A stretch of 63,653 nt of DNA, filler included, from Octopus bimaculoides (lineage: Eukaryota), in NCBI RefSeq assembly GCF_001194135.2. It is 7 parts of 6 records of this genome, joined end to end, with 100 filler letters (N's around TTAATTAATTAA, not from the genome) between each part and the next. Parts side by side here need not be neighbours in the genome. Positions count along the whole stretch, not along the records: positions 61,794 to 63,653 come from NC_068988.1; 6 more parts are not named here. The stretch is one strand, 5' to 3'. The notes beneath the pieces were generated by a model. That model ran no database searches. It worked only from the letters and a program-made list of their open reading frames with translations, and had not been told where the DNA came from. This document shows positions 61,794-63,653 of the stretch, one piece after another (the stretch's first letter is position 1; each line of letters starts with the position of its first letter). The position numbers were made by a program, and so were the translations under genes.

Positions 61794-62044
61794 TAATATA
61801 ATAAAAAAATATTCAGACAAATACATAACAAAAACACCAGGACTTACAAATATATATAACATACAGAAAATTACACTACTGGGTACTGCACACATTCTAC
61901 GCAAAACACTTTCAATACAGTAAACATAAGAGCACCACAGCAAACCACAGCGCATACCCAAGGCGCACAGAGCTGCGCTCGGTAGTGAAGTGAAAGCACG
62001 TTATAAAAATAAAACTACTGAACAATAATAATTAAAAAAATTAA

Positions 62045-62235
62045 AAAATGCCTTGACGCAGTACCAGACGTTGGCCCTCATGGCTTCTGAGTTTAACTGA
62101 CTAAGAGTATTATAATGTACATAGTCTTGTCTTGGTATAAAAGATGGGCTACAGCAAATATTCTGCTCAATACTATAGATTTGCTAGTCAGTTGTTTGAC
62201 CTTAACCAGTTGAGCATGTCCCTAAGTGGCTCACG
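62045..62235. repeat. Interspersed repeat family E fragment
   Basis: GATGGGCTACAGCAAATATTCTGC and CCTTAACCAGTTGAGCATGTCCC shared with the 43505 copy. Confidence 0.75.
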
Positions 62236-62480
62236 ATGCGTGCATCTCTGATCACGCATGTAAAGGAATCGGTGATATGATAGGGACGATGATGGGTGCC
62301 TGTGAGGATCGTGGTGTTGGAGAGGTAGGAGTAAGTACGGTAGCGCGAGCGGGAGTAGGGCTGAGAGGTGGGGTTAGGGAAGAAAATGTGGACCAGGAGA
62401 TCACAAAGGTTGTTGGCTTGTTTGAAGATGAGTGGTAGGTTAGGGAAGATGTGCGACACGGAAGTGTCGGACTGAATATA
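62230..62480 (-). mobile_element. Penelope-like element linker / pre-GIY-YIG fragment
   Basis: IFPNLPLIFKQANNLCDLLV...YHITDSFTC. Confidence 0.7.
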
Positions 62481-63491
62481 TATATATAAGTATGGGCTAT
62501 AAATATAAAAAAATCTAACCACGTAACCAAAATCAAATCAAGAATGTATCGTAATTACTAATTTTAATTAGACCAGGTAATTGCACATGTAAACAAAAGT
62601 GTAACACATCAAAGAAGAACGAGAATGCCATATTAAAATAGAAGCTTACAGTTATCTATTATGATGAGAATACATCGATTCATGGTTAAATGAAAATGCC
62701 ATAAAAATCTGTGCTGCTGTCATTTTCTTACGTCATACACTCTTTTAAGTGAAAAAATACCGATTGTCGAGGAATATTTCGAGTGATTCGCGGCTCCTCA
62801 AAATGTATGCAATATTAACACCCTTGTAAGATGTTCGACATCTAATAGCAGACTAGCGGGATATTATTTCAAAATATCATTAAAGTTACGGAGATGTACT
62901 TGCATAGCAATTGCTTTGACCTCAGACTGTGAATTGCAACTAAAACGACTGTAGCGTGGCAGACATGTGTCAGCCATTCAGAAAAAAAAAAACATAGACT
63001 TAACTTCACTTAAATATTTATTGTTTGTAATAATATGGTGTGAAAGGTTTCCTCGATGGAAACTGACATATTCACTGACAGCACTGTTGCAACCAAATTA
63101 TGGACTTGTATTGTGGCTTGTATGTGCCGTACTTATCTCTCATTGTGTGTTCACGTAGTTTTCACTCGTTGGTGATGTCATGTTCTTAATATGTATATTT
63201 TCATGTATTTTGTGCGTGTATGTGTGTGTGTACATGCGTGTGTGTGTGTAGTTAGCAAAATTTTAGGATATACTTTCTACCTTTTGTTTTTCTCTTTTTT
63301 TTTTTTTTGCTCCAGTCTTTCTGGTTGAATGCTCATAGTGAGTTATCATTGACTCTTGGTACTTAACTGCCTTTCATGTATTCTTTTTTCTGTCTCGCTT
63401 CCTTCGGCTTTCTATTTAGAATGAATGGAATGCGGAGTCAGACGATTGAAGGTCTCAAGGAGTGGCTTTCTGAAGACTGCAACCACTACAC

Positions 63492-63558
<67 letters not shown>

Positions 63559-63574
63559 TGAAGAAATCGACCTC

Positions 63575-63653
63575 TGGACTTATTCTTTCTAAGCCCAGTC
63601 ACTTTTGCCGAACTGCTAATTAAGGGGACGTAAATACACCATAGGTTTCAAGC
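63575..63653 (-). mobile_element. SINE family A fragment at the window end
   Basis: CTTTTGCCGAACTGCTAA motif. Confidence 0.7.

Noticed and set aside
1-63653. Most ORFs in the supplied track (YI, CV, HT, poly-S/T/V/F and long X runs)
   Set aside because: They are translations of microsatellites, SINEs and N gaps, not genes.

Overview
AT-rich, microsatellite-dense eukaryotic DNA, most likely from an octopod cephalopod (inferred from the tRNA-derived SINE families). It is not one locus. Six artificial 100-bp spacers (44 N + TTAATTAATTAA + 44 N) split it into seven segments: A 1-10635, B 10736-35495, C 35596-39743, D 39844-44188, E 44289-57792, F 57893-61693 and G 61794-63653. Host genes I can support are the last four coding exons of an Atos/FAM214 homolog (minus strand, segment D), one or two separase-like exons (plus strand, segment F) and an unidentified first coding exon (plus strand, segment C). 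The rest is SINEs, RTE LINE fragments, Penelope-like element (PLE) fragments, two maT/DD37D transposase relics, one Tc1-type relic, a Helitron 5' end, MITEs and simple repeats. The most interesting signal is a dispersed set of minimal hammerhead-ribozyme-like motifs, probably PLE termini, with variant cores. One has a compensatory U3-A8 core and sits in both arms of an 86-bp near-perfect inverted repeat in an Atos intron, and a three-copy family carries U instead of A at position 6. All identifications come from reading and recall; no searches or folding computations were run.
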